DNA of 64,000 bases from NCBI GenBank assembly GCA_964106645.2, contig OZ067043.1; one strand, 5' to 3'. This document shows, piece after piece, positions 1-12,637 of this stretch. Numbering within the stretch: the stretch's first letter is position 1; each line of letters opens with the position of its first letter. A program made the translations under genes and the position numbers. The DNA is from Podarcis pityusensis (Eukaryota). The notes under the pieces are model-generated. The model did no database searches, was not told the DNA's origin, and saw only the letters and a list, made by a program, of their open reading frames with translations.

Positions 1-332
1 AGTTTAAAAACTGCCTACTAGGTTACAAACATAAGTCATCTGTAAATATTTTGGAGTTAATGAATGTTGAATAACAAGAATAACAAAGAATTATCATATA
101 GGGTATCACCAGGAAAATTAAGGTACGAAGTGTTTGACGATGCTCAAATATCACTTTGCTCCATTATGCTGGCATGGTATTGCCCTTCATCTAAAAAGCC
201 AGCTGTTCCCTACCTCACTACAGTGGATGAAGTCCTGCTATCTGACAGGATCTACTGCCTCTCCCATTATATACTTCTTTTCGAGTCTTTGCTGCTGGCA
301 GAAAAACAGGCTTTCTGCATCTCCTCCAATCC

Positions 333-335
<3 letters not shown>

Positions 336-367
<32 letters not shown>
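336..367. repeat. (CA)n microsatellite
   Basis: Pure CA run; it produces the HTHTHT stretches in ORFs 64..495 and 134..505. Confidence 0.95.
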
Positions 368-368
<1 letters not shown>

Positions 369-3300
369 ACAAGCAAGCTTTTTTCACCCTATTCGTGTGG
401 TCAAGTACCTTATTTACAGAGGCTTTTCTAAGGTGCCCAACACCAAGAAGTACACCCAACTACTTCACTGTAATTCTATTCCAAAACGGGGGTAACTGTC
501 ATTGAAATTAGATGTTACTGAAGCAGTGACCCACCCAAAGCAACACAGGATGATCACAGCACAGCCAAAAAGTAAACTAGACTGTAAGTCTAGGTCTTGA
601 AACACAGCTCAACACCATCTACCTATATCAGCCTTTTGCCTAAGATCATGAGAAAACAATCACTATGTTTTATTTGAATATACCTGGGTTGTCATTTGTA
701 AAGCTTAAAATATGTGTGAACTATAAGTGTATATAGGAAATAGATCATAGGAAAACCCTAAGTATTGCCTGAAAATATGCAACTAATTCATCTACACTCT
801 TCTTTGCCACTTCCCATGTTTTATTTGTTTGTATGGGGCCATGGGATATGGGAGAACAGTTTTAAGCTGCTGGCCACTCCTAGATTTTTTTAAAGAGGAA
901 TGACTGGTTTTTAACTGAACAAACTGCCTCTTCGGGGATGGGATATATTCCCCAAAACTGCTTTGTTCACTCCCGCATGTGTGAGTCATTACACAGTTTC
1001 CTTTTGACAGGATCAAACAGTGCCAGATAAATCCAGAAGCATGTTAGCTCCTATGCTGCCCTCAAGGAACACACTATACACATGCTCCGTTGCCTAATAC
1101 TGCAGAGGCACACTGGTCCTTTCACTGTCTTCATGCAGGATGCTTTATGCTTTACCTGATAGTGCTATTCCACCCTTCTTGTGCTTATACAGGCAAGTAG
1201 GGCTCTCTTCTAAACCATACCAGCATAAATTCAGGAAGCTAAATAGACTGAGGAGAAATAGTGCCAGGATAGTGTTCATGTTAAAATATCCAGGTTCTTT
1301 GGCATACAGCTGCTATATACAAATGGGCTAACACTCCCATTCTTCAAAAAAGATACAAACTTCTCTTCCCTTCTGAATTTGCAGGGATTTTCCTTATTCA
1401 TTATTTCATGAACTAGTGAAGCAAAGTCAGGCTTCTCACAGAGAATCACTTTTATTTATTTAACAAGATTTATATACCGCTTGATTGTAATAAAACCTCA
1501 AAGCGGCTTGCCAAACCTTGCGGGAAAGCCTCTCCCCACTTCGAAGTATGACTGTTTAGTTTACCCCTGTATTAACACACTTGCCTGGTAGCCATAAACA
1601 ATAAGGAATTGCATGCAAGTGAGCTAATGGACTGACAGTCGATGGATGGGGCACTCCAGCAAGTAAGTTGCTGCAGGACAGAAGCTGGCTGCTCCTCACC
1701 CAGTATAGACATGCAGCAGGCTGCTGGGAGAGGAGCAGAGCTCTCTGTCCCTCCTCTGCCAACCCCTGTCGGCTGATTAAAACATTTGCATGCCAGTGAT
1801 TTCCATAGGTTTGTTTCCAACTCTGGTTTAGCTGACTATATGCTAATGCCCGTTCAAAGGCACCACGTGGTAAAGTTTCGCCAGTGGGGCAGAATGAGAA
1901 GCAGCATATCAAAATGGGGCACAGTGGCTCCTCTCTCCCTCCCAAGTATTTTCAATGCTTGTGTTTTTTTTATCGATACTTAGAATTTTTATAGTGTGCT
2001 TTTATGAAGTTTGCATGCAGTTAACGTAATACTCCATCCAGAATGCCAGGATACACAACAACCCTTAATGGGTGGCAGAAATCCTCGTCTACTGATCCAT
2101 TTGTTGTTGAAAGTCCTGAAACGGATGGAAGTGTTTCAGGTAAGCGGGCAGTGAATTGATCAGATTCTGTCTCTTTGCAAGGACATGGAGGTTGGGTAAC
2201 ATGTGCAGGCTAGCAGATAACAAATGCTGATATTGCCATGAAGACCAAGTCAGTAGAGAACGATGTGCAATAGTGAATTTGAAAGAGTCAGATTCACAAT
2301 GCTAACTAACACCTTGTCCAGGAAACTCTACTGACCTGATGAGATACTTACATTGAAAAGTTTTCAATAACCGTCCTCTATACAGACAACCTCTGTTCAC
2401 CAGACACAGCAGGGTTTTTATAAAACAAAACGAGACTCCAGGTTTTCCCAATGAATCCCCACACTATGGATCTTGGCTTAAATTACCTTATGTATACAAA
2501 TGTGCAAGTGCACTTGTACTTTTTAATATATCCTCCATCCTAGTTCAGCTTTTTAACCCTTTCCTAAAATCAGGATCTCTGTGGAAAATATATTAACGGA
2601 TAGAAATTCAATAATCAACTGAACCATCAGTTTAAACGTGCGCACACATATATACACTGTTATAAGACAAATTGAAACTGAATTCTGGAAATGTTCTATC
2701 TACTGCATTCCCCCCTGTATTGCTTCAAAACCCTTTTCACGTAAGACAAGCAGATTTTTCAAAGAAAACAAAAACTGTTTTAAATTCCATGTGCACACTG
2801 CACACACTAGAACTGAAACTCCAGTGTGGTTAGAAGAACAAAGTCAAATGTGAAAATAGTATTTTTAACTTAAAAACAAAACAAACATTTCAAAAGCCTC
2901 CCTCTCGACTACCAAGAAAAAAATGTTTATGACCAGTGAAGGAGCTTCTGAGACAAAGCAGCACAATGAATTAATAGAGAAATGTATTAATGTGTCTATT
3001 TGATCCAAAGCCAGAAAAATTAACAGAACAAATCAACAAATGGAAGTGAATGAAATCTAAGTTTGTGGCACGGATGCCAATTTCCAAGTTTATTTAATAG
3101 TAAAACTGCATTCAAAATTTGAAAATTTATTATTTTGTTAATCATATCTCCTATCACACACCTCCCAGGTACAGATTTCCCTCATATAATTTAAGTCATC
3201 ACTCTTTTCCTATCAACAACAATTCTGAAGGTGTGTTTTAACTTGCCATGTGGCAATTACTCCCAGTGTAAGGAGGAAATCACTCAGCCCTGGAGGCAAG

Positions 3301-6300
3301 TGAATTAGCCAAGATTGAAAGGTGGCATCCTGTTCTATGCAACAGCACAACAATGCCAAATTGAAAATAATTAAATCAAAACGGGCATCAGTGGGACTTG
3401 TTTTGAAGTTGTTGTCTTTAAATCATGTTAAAGATCTTTTATTGCCCTCTCTTAAGACAACTGGGATAAAACAATATATTTTTGCAGGCAAAAGCAAGTT
3501 CCTCCATAAGGAAGCAATAAGAGAGCCTTTTTCTACCCTGAAGGCCAAACCATACACAAGCAGAGTTTGATTATAACGGCTGATAACGAATTTCTTGCAG
3601 GATCTCAGTGCCAAGAACCTGTGTAACAATATGTTGTCTTCCTGAAGCACAGGGCACAGATGAGTAGCTTTATATGATGTTATCCCCTAACCTTTTTTTA
3701 GAGTAAATGCCTTTTCTAGAAACAAACACCTGCTACCAGTAAAGAAGGACTTTGGTGAACAAATGACTTCTCTCCCCGCTTCAACTTTCAGGGAAAATCA
3801 CTGGTTGGAAGTGCAAAGCGGAGGTGGAAAGCTCTTTACTAAATGGTGCCAAGCTATAAAATTTACATTCTAAGGGAAGGGGAACACATATATGCTCATC
3901 TTTTCTGTGAGATCCATCTCTTCCCCCTCTAGTTTTAAGGTGGGGGTTCAGAATTCTAACTCTCCCCAGTTCTCACACAGGCACACACTTTATCACAGCA
4001 GTCCTAACCATGGTTACTTGGAAGTAAGTCCCATTGAACTTAGTGAGATTTATTTCTGGGTGAATTGCACTGTATGTCACTTTAAAAAGCAAAACACAAC
4101 AGTATCTTTTCTTCCTCCAACTTCGATCTCCCCCCACATGCAACAGAAACATTTCAGCCATCACCCCCTCCCTTCCCCATTTCAGCCCCACAGCGAGACA
4201 CACACAAACATTATCAGATTCAAAAGCAACCCCTCTGCCATGAGAAAAGAAAAGCTCTTAGGCTTCTTTGGGCAAAAACTTCACAACTGACTGCACATAG
4301 TTCCCGGCTTGGTTATTAGAAAAGAAAAAGAGAAAGCGCCTGAAGTGGTTATTTTATTTGCTCTTTGTTTTATAGATTTCCCCCCTTTCTTCTTAAAGAA
4401 ACCCTCCTTTCTATAAAGAGAATCTGAATTAGAGATCCACCAGATTTTTTGCTATTATTGATTGTACTCTTAATAAATAAAAGAGCAATCAAAATGTTAA
4501 TATAATAAGAAAATATGCAGTGTAAATTGAATGAACTATTCACTCCAAATTATTTTCTCAATTATTACATCCTTTAGTCCTACATGCAAACAAAAAAACT
4601 TTTCTTATTATAATCCTAAACTGTGACATTAGAGTATCAGATGAACTTGACGACTTCATGGTCTAGAAAGTTACCAGTCCGGGAAGAAAGAAATTCCATG
4701 CCTATTTACCCAGCTTTCCTTACAATATTACACAATGGAGCTGTGAAAAGGCACCTACTGTATGTATCTTACTCTGCAAGAAGGTTTTTGCCTAACACCA
4801 GTGCTTAGTGCCTGTGGGACTGGAGTACTCCCCCCTCCCTTTTAATCTTTGCTTTAAAAGAATTCAAAAATGGATGGGAGAGAAGGTTTTTGATCATATA
4901 TTTCCATGCCAAAATACTCAAATTAATCATATAAGATAGCACTTTACTAGAGAAACATTTTTCCTTTTCATTATGTTTGTAGTTTTAAAATATAACTAAT
5001 CACTTGCATCAATTGTAACTAAATAGATGTTCTCCCCACTCAAAATTTAGATGTTTACATTCTATGCACATACGCATAAGCATTAAGTTTTGAAGATTTG
5101 TTTAAACTTCCAAGAACTTTATATCAAATCAATTCAAAATACAGGAAACACAGGGGCTCAGCAATTTACTCCACTTCAATGTGCACCCATTTCTGAGGGG
5201 GAGAAAATAAAGGAACAAAGATTTGGAATCAGAACCAACTGACACACACACACCCCACCGGACCTGGTTTGCACAAAAAATTATTAATCTGGTTCTGACC
5301 ATCTTTCTTAGTTTAAATCTGACTGGGGTTTTTTAAAAACTTGAGAGGGGAAGGGGGTTAAATATTTTAAATCATGTTATACAAGCATCACTCACCTGCA
5401 ATATATGCTCTCAGTTTAAAGTACAATTAACAGAAATTAAGAAATGTTAAATATGTGTAAAAATGGTTTAGGATCCTGGATGCTACTGCAGGCAGCATAC
5501 ACAACTCACAGGGCCCAGTGCCTAAGGAAGTAACACACTGTGACAATTTGACAGAAAATGGCCTGTGAGCAACACAAGCCCCTTCTTGTGTAAATGTTTT
5601 AACATGTAGTAATATATCTGTAGAATACTATACTATTTCTGTTGTTGATTATACCCACCTTTTAACACAATGTAATAATTCTTTTTTATTGTACACCCCA
5701 CAGCTTTTCTGAAAGCATTAAACTGAAGTTATAAGCCATTGCTAAAAACTGGAGTAAATTTTTGTCTCCAAAGAAACAGTATTTCGGACTGAGCACTTGA
5801 TTGAAGTCAGCAATGGTCCCTGGAATGGGATCTGTAGTGAAATTCCTTAGGGCTAAATTAAGAAGAGACCAATCTCACTATGAGTTTGTCAAATGCATTC
5901 CTTGTAATACTGCGCTTCAAAAGATCTTTTAGAGTCTAAGTGTCTCTAATGAATTAGTATACCTATTCTCATCCATTCGAAGTTTATTTTGAACTTGAGA
6001 AGAGATGATTAAATGATTTCATTTTTTAAATACCAAATTCAATGGGAATTTTTGTTTCAGATCACATACCAAAAAAATGGTCTGCCAAAATAAAACCATT
6101 TTTAACACTCCCCCCATATTTGAACTCATCTGCGTTACGTAGCATTCAGAACTTTATCACTTATGAAAATTTATAAAACAACCAAGATCCGTAACTTTAT
6201 TAATTATTCTGCTGTGTGTCAATGGTGATGAAAACGATGATAGAAATTGAGCATTATCTTCACAGACCCATGTCAACTACAAGTTTTAAAATAAATTTTA

Positions 6301-7664
6301 CTTGAAACTTCTCAGCTGCCCAAGAAAGGCTGGTAATGAATTTGCTCCCTTTCTCTTAATGACCGACTAATGCTCACAAAACTATGATACACCTACTAGA
6401 AGACCCAGTCCCAACTCACAATCACAGCAAAATATCTATTGAGCTCCTTTTTTAAAAAAATATGTTGATGTTTTAGGTTGTTTTTTAAGATTTGTGCTTT
6501 TAAAAAGTTCTCTCTGTTAGGAGAAACCTATACAGATAAACCGAGAACATCACTTCTAAGCTCCTAAGTCTGAATATAAATTTTCCCCTTTCAAGTTTCA
6601 ATCACCATGGCAATGAAATTATATATATTTGCACCTTTCCCACTTTTATATAGGTTATATAAAAATTTATATAGGTTTCCCCCCCCCTTTTTTAGGGAGC
6701 ACTGGGATGGCATCACATTGTATTATAGTGAACAATGTATACGATCATTTCTTTGCTAATTTTAGTTCAAGTTTGCTGCTCTAAGGGATATTAGAAACAT
6801 TTCTAATTCAGAGGTGGCATTTAAAGGTGGGAGTAGAAGACAAACCGACAAGAAGCTGAGGAGACAGACTGAAAGACTGATTGGGCCAAAAACATTACCT
6901 GACAGCAATAAATACGTTTTGTGCATTTAAGAAATATATAAAACGAGGAAGATCAAGCTCATTTAAGAATGTAGATGATGAAGTGAACTACTGTAACAAC
7001 AGAGTATATTTATTGCTACCTTCCCAGCAGGAAATAATAATTTAAAGAGCCATTAAAAGTTTTTTTTTAGTCTTGTTATTTAGAATAAAGCAAATTTAAA
7101 TTTCAGCCACCGTATAAAAACCGGTAAGAAATAAGGGGAATTCAGGATTTATGAAATTTTTTCTAGCATCTCTACCACCTCAAAGTTTTATTACCCTAAA
7201 GAATAGACCTAAGCCAGAGAGCCGATCTTTTCGCTAGACAAAAAACTTTCCTATCCGTTGCCAACTTGTTTGCCAGGAAAAAGTTATTTCAGAGTGGGGA
7301 AGACAAGAAATTCTGCTATCCCAATTCAGGATCTCACCCCCACTCTAAATGTGTACTCAAGAAGACCATAAATGTGAGTGCCTTTGAGCCTATCCATCCT
7401 GTCAATCACAATAAATTGTAATTCAAAGACACACTTACAGGACTGATTGATCTGCAGAAACCCCAAAGCGGTTTTGCAACATCTACTCCCCACCCCTCTT
7501 CACATTCACAAAACAGAGGAACAAAAAAAAAAAAAAATCCACTCACTGCATGCTCCTTCCTTCATTTTTCCCTATAAGCAAGAACCTCTTATCCCTGCCT
7601 CCCATCCTCACAGCTCCCCCCATGAACAAAGAGAAAAGCTTTCCAACACCCCAACTAGTCTCAC

Positions 7665-7899
7665 ATATCCGATTCCTTTGGTTTCCATGCCACCCTCTGT
7701 AAATCCCAGCTGAAAAGTTATTTCCACCAGCACCTCTCTTTGTCTGGAGTGCTCCGTTTTCTGGGTACCCCGAACTTTCACGCGTCTCTTTTACTAAAAG
7801 GCACTGATAAATTAAACCGAGAGGAGGCTGCCTTCGCCAAGTAGCTTTTCTATATATATATTTTCCACATACACACCCTAACATCCTTGAGGTTGCAAT
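7665..7899 (-). other. Candidate second/alternative 5' exon of the minus-strand host gene
   Basis: Minus strand: pyrimidine tract CCTTACTCTCTTTCTCCCTCTGAG| acceptor (weak, GAG), donor GGATAT|GTGAGA at 7665; an ATG at 7884 stays open to the donor. Confidence 0.3.
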
Positions 7900-8221
7900 C
7901 TCAGAGGGAGAAAGAGAGTAAGGAAGGATACGGGAAAGGGGGGTGAGGGAGAAGGGAGGGAATCAACAAAGCATAAATCTCAGCCTCCTCTACACACCTG
8001 CTTTTTCCAAAACACCTGGGGGGCAGGCGCAACAGACCGGCTAGTTTATCAACTTTAAGTCGTTCCTGATCGCAAATATTCAATGCAAGGTATATATATC
8101 TCTTTAAAGCAGAAGAGTGCGCGCGGCTGGGGGGGGGGTGTAGAGAGAAAGAGGAAGGAACTACTGTATGGATTAAAAACTAAACTAGCACTGAAAGTTT
8201 AAGAGGAGGGGGGAGGGGAGG

Positions 8222-8418
8222 GTTGTTGTTGTTGTTGTTGCTGCTGCTGCTGCTGCGGCTGCTGCTACTGTTAAAAGATCCCACCAACCTGTTTCGATCT
8301 ACAGCGCCTGGAATCGGGTCTCAACTTTTAACACCCCCCACTTGGAGCATGTGGCTGCCTCTTTGCTGCTGCTGCCGCCGCCGCCGCCGCTGCTACCGCC
8401 GTTGCCGCCGCCGCCGCC
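8222..8418. repeat. Compound trinucleotide repeats (TTG)n(CTG)n and (CTG)n(CCG)n
   Basis: Directly visible at 8222-8270 and 8365-8418. Confidence 0.9.
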
Positions 8419-8600
8419 TCGTCCAGCTTCGTCCCTTGCGGAGCAGAAATGCCTCCAGCTCCCAGCAGCCCGAGGTTCCCCCAAAGTTAAACACCTCGGA
8501 GACAAAGAGAGAGAGACAGAGAAAGAGAAAGAGAGAGAAAGAAAGAGGGAGAAGCAAGCCGACAGAGAGAGGAGAGAAAGCACTAACACAGTTCAGGCAT
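8289..8600 (-). other. Putative non-coding first exon (5' UTR)
   Basis: Minus strand reads CT-rich tract, then GGC/AGC repeats, then GATCGAAACAG|GTTGGT donor at 8289; the 5' boundary is approximate. Confidence 0.5.
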
Positions 8601-11600
8601 GGTCATACTTTTCTCCTGCCAAAGGCTTTGCCGCTTTCTTCTCTTATTGTATTCGGGGGGGGGGTCCTGTTTCTTCTTCCTTCACCCCTTTCTCCTGTTC
8701 CGTTTTCCTCAATGGAAGTCTCAGAGGCGGGCGGGGGGGGGAGGGGGGAGTCAATCTATGTCTCGGGTCCCTCCTTTCTCTGTCCCATTCAGATGTGGAG
8801 ATCAGCCTCTAATCACAGGGGTTGTGTCTGTACTGGAGATGTGACTTGAGAGCTGGGAAGGGAGGGGAGGGGGGAAAGAGAGAGAGAGAGAGAGAGAGAG
8901 TTACTTCCAGTTCTACCATAATCCATCTAAAGCAGGTGCAGCTCTTTTCCAAGCCCACAGGTCCTGAATGGAAAAGGAAGCCACGGGCGAGGAGCGCGGA
9001 GGAGAGGGGAAGGAAAGGTTTTTTTGAATCGAGGCGAGCAAAAGGAAGCGAGGCACCTCTCCCAAGTCACTTTTTGGGGCCTTTAATACCTGAAATCGTG
9101 ATTTCTCCGCACTTTTAATGTGTTAAGTTTCCCCTCCTTTCTTATATATATAAGGGGGGGGGAATAATAAGGGGTACATATTTTTCTTACACTTTTCCGT
9201 GTTTGGGGTTGTTCAGTTTCTGCTAATAGCCCTTGTGTAAGTTAGACTACCGATTCTGGTTTTAAAGACCCTGTGAAAGAGTGGCCTCGCTGCTATGTCA
9301 TTACCTTAACATATTTTACCAAACAGTTTAATGGGCACATATACTGCGTCTGTCTGTGTGCCACAAACCCGCAGGGATCATTGTAGGTATCTCACACAGG
9401 TGCGTGCAGCAGGACTGGCCGCTGCTCCTCTCAAGGTGCACAGGAAATATTTAATGTGTCTTTGATCCCAGATAACATGGGAAGCGGCCCATACAATTTT
9501 GTTGTGAATATGGGGGGATGATTAGGGTTGTTTTCACTCATGAGACTTAAGTCCGGTTTCTTTGCATTTCTACTATTTGTAATGCCAATGAAATACTTAT
9601 ATTAGCCTGAATAACTTTAAAATGGCTTCCTGCCACTTTCTGACAAGTACAGTACAGTATTAAAAAAACATTTGCATGAGCACACGCAGAGTGAGGGGGG
9701 GACTCAATTTATTTTTAATTAACGTAAGTAAAAATGTCCTCACACTTGCAACCCTAAGCATAGGATTAGGCTTCATAAACGTTATAAAGTACTTTTCACA
9801 CCTGACCCTTAGTTTATTTACTTGGAAATGGCTTTTAAAAATTATACTGAGATTGGAAAGCTGGACCATTTTTGCTAATCATACTGAGATCCTTTTCATT
9901 TCCCTAAATGCTTTGCAGGTCTCTTCAAATTTGCCTTGAATTTTGCTCTCACTGAAACCATACTTTCCAGTATGTATGTGTAGGACTGGCTTGTAAAAGA
10001 GCAGCAGAATTCACCCAGGTTGTTATTATTATTAATAATATGCAACACAATTATCAGCAAAGTTATTCAAAAGAGGGTCCCCCTACATTTAGTTGGGCTT
10101 ACTTTCTAGTAAGCGTCTTTAGGATTGCAGCCTTAGTATACCCCAGCTCTTATCTTCGGGATACATTCAATAGGTCAAAAAATGCCCTTACCTGTATTTA
10201 CCAATCCCTCAGCAACAATGATCCTGATCTGTTCAGAGAACACTGAATATATATGCTTAAATATGACATTTTATTTGGAATATTTCTATGCCTTCTTTCT
10301 ACTGAAGGATATTGATGCTGCCTTATTCCATACATTAAAAAATAAAACAAATAAAAATATAAAATACAGATAAATAATAAAATAATTATCACCTACATTT
10401 GAGGGTGGGGTGAAGAGATCCAGCTGCCTCGGGGCAAGGCCTGATTCAGATCAGGATTACAGTGCTGTGGGATGGTTTTCACCTGTGCCCTTTTCCCAGC
10501 TGAAGTCAACCCCATGGTATGCTTTACCCTGTGGAGAAATGGCAGCGATGGGGGGCAGGGTAGATTTCGACCAGAAAAATGGATTGGTGGAAAGTTTAAA
10601 ACACCATCTAGCAATCATGGTCCTGATTTGAATTCCCAGCTTCTTGTGGCTGCTCTGCTCCTTTTTAAAAGGAAACAAAGGGGGGGATCTGATTCATCGA
10701 TCTCTCACATCACATCTAGTTTGCCTTAAGTCTAATTAAAATGACCCAACATAAATGGACAGAAATCAGCACTATAAAAGCTATCCACAGTTAAATGCCT
10801 CTGAAAGCTCAAATAAATTATATATATTTTACCTGGTATTTATATTAAGGGTGCAATCCTACAGCCAGCATTCAGCCAGCTGAGGGACCACAGGAAAGGC
10901 CCTTGAATGGACAGCACAAAGGCCACTGGACATTCCCCTAGTATGTTGTTGTTGTTAAAATTTGTATACCACCCTTCATCCGAAGATCCCATGGGTGTAG
11001 ATGTTGCACAGGTTGTGGGGGCCAAAATGGAGTATGTCAGGAAAGGCAAGGAACCAGAAGATCCTAAGCCCCCTTCTTCCCAACACTCCCCCTCCGGGGG
11101 GGGGGGGAGTGTCCAAAACTACACCAGCCCCAGTTATTTTTGTCTCATTGGAGTCAATGCTTCAGCTGTAGAACAGAGAAGACCCTGTCCCCTAACTTCC
11201 AAAGGCAGGGGAACCAGAGCAGCTCCTCAGCCTAACATCTGAGCAAAAGAGGGAGTCCATATGAATGCAGACAATTCTTCAGTTTTTCTCGGTCTTAAGA
11301 AATAAGGCATTTTCCTTAAATAAGGGCACATGTGCTACCATTACATTTTCAAGTTCACTACTTCGTGAGGGATAGAAACAGATTTTTAGACAGCCATTTT
11401 GCATACAAGAGAAGCATGGATGTTTCTGCTGCTACAACTATGTGCTGCTCTTGTCCCACTATGGCTGCAATCCTAAATTTATTTAAGTAGTAAGGCCTAT
11501 TGAAATCAATGAAGCATATTCCTGAGAAGCCATTATTAGAATTGGGCTGTAAAAGCTGCAATCCAATGAATGTTTATTTGGATGCAAATCCCACTGAACA

Positions 11601-12420
11601 CAAAGCAAAATACCTTAAGTATTCCACCATCGAAATTGGTTGGACTTGCTTCCATGTACACATGCATAGCATGGCCTCCACAGATTCAATATTCATGTTT
11701 TTCTCCTGAGTAAAGATTAATAGGTTGAATTGTAAAAAACGTATCCAAATGCCACAACATTTAACTAACTTACTTCTTGCAAAATCTTATGAAGAGCAGC
11801 AGTAGTAGAAAGAAAAAATGTTTTTATCAGACAGAAACCACAACCCAATGCACATTTATGCACTCTTAGAACCCACTGAAATCATGGAGCTTAGGCACAT
11901 CTAACCCTATGCAGAATTGTGGCCCAAGGCTGCAATCCTGCTATCATGTTATGCATAGGTAAGTCCTACCGCTTTGCCTTAAATGAAAGGAAAATCTAAT
12001 TTAAACATTTCTGCAGGAAAGGCTCTCAATTCCCTATCGTGCTTTCATTTGTGAGACCAGGCCTTATTTGCTGAGTGATTCTTATACCTCTAATAGTACT
12101 CATGCAAAAGCAATGCAATAAAGTTTTCTGTAACAGAATAACTAAATATTTGTTGAAGAATGTATTTTAGCTGGAAACATATCAGGGTTTGTCAATGAAT
12201 TTGTTGGAACCTATTATTTTTTTTGGATCTTGATTAATTGAGTGTTATAATATGGGGTACCTCTATGGTCCAGGAAAAACTGTTAGTGTTTCTTTCTAGA
12301 GTAACATTACTGCCCGAAAATTATATTGTCAACGGTGTTGTCTTTCAAAGCAGTCATACTATGAACTGAGCTTTCAAAAGCCTGCAAACTGCAAATAAAA
12401 TGAAATGTTTGACCTGTATA

Positions 12421-12637
12421 CAGTGGTACCTCTGGTTACGAACACTTCGGGTAACACACTCCGCTACCCCGGAAGTAGCTGCTCCTGGTTGCAAACTTTG
12501 CACCAGGATGTGAATGGAAATCATGCGCCAGAGGCGCCCGCACAGCAGGAGACCCCATTAGCAAAAGCGCGCCTCAGGATAAGAACAGTTTCAGCTTAAG
12601 AACGGATCTCCGGAACGAATTAAGTTCGTAACCACTG
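12421..12637. mobile_element. Tc1/mariner (pogo/Tigger-like) non-autonomous MITE
   Basis: TA|CAGTGGTACCTC...ACCACTG|TA; right TIR has a small internal deletion; homologous to the 15037 and 51780 copies. Confidence 0.85.

Larger units (their letters stand above)
7940..9120 (-). promoter_or_regulatory. CpG-enriched promoter region of an unidentified minus-strand gene
   Basis: Local CpG enrichment in otherwise CpG-poor DNA, (GCC)n/(CTG)n tracts, GA/CT tracts and G-runs, no TE insertions; typical of vertebrate regulatory-gene 5' ends. Confidence 0.7.

Noticed and set aside
64-505. ORFs with HT repeats
   Set aside because: Caused by the (CA)n microsatellite
7665-7690. METKG start resembling mineralocorticoid receptor (NR3C2) N-terminus
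   Set aside because: Only five residues match and the sequence then diverges at a donor site; NR3C2 begins in a long coding exon that is not present here
8223-8849. Plus-strand 208-aa and 156-aa ORFs with poly-L, poly-R and poly-P
   Set aside because: They are translations of simple repeats and GA tracts lacking stops; no domain, and splice signals favour the minus strand
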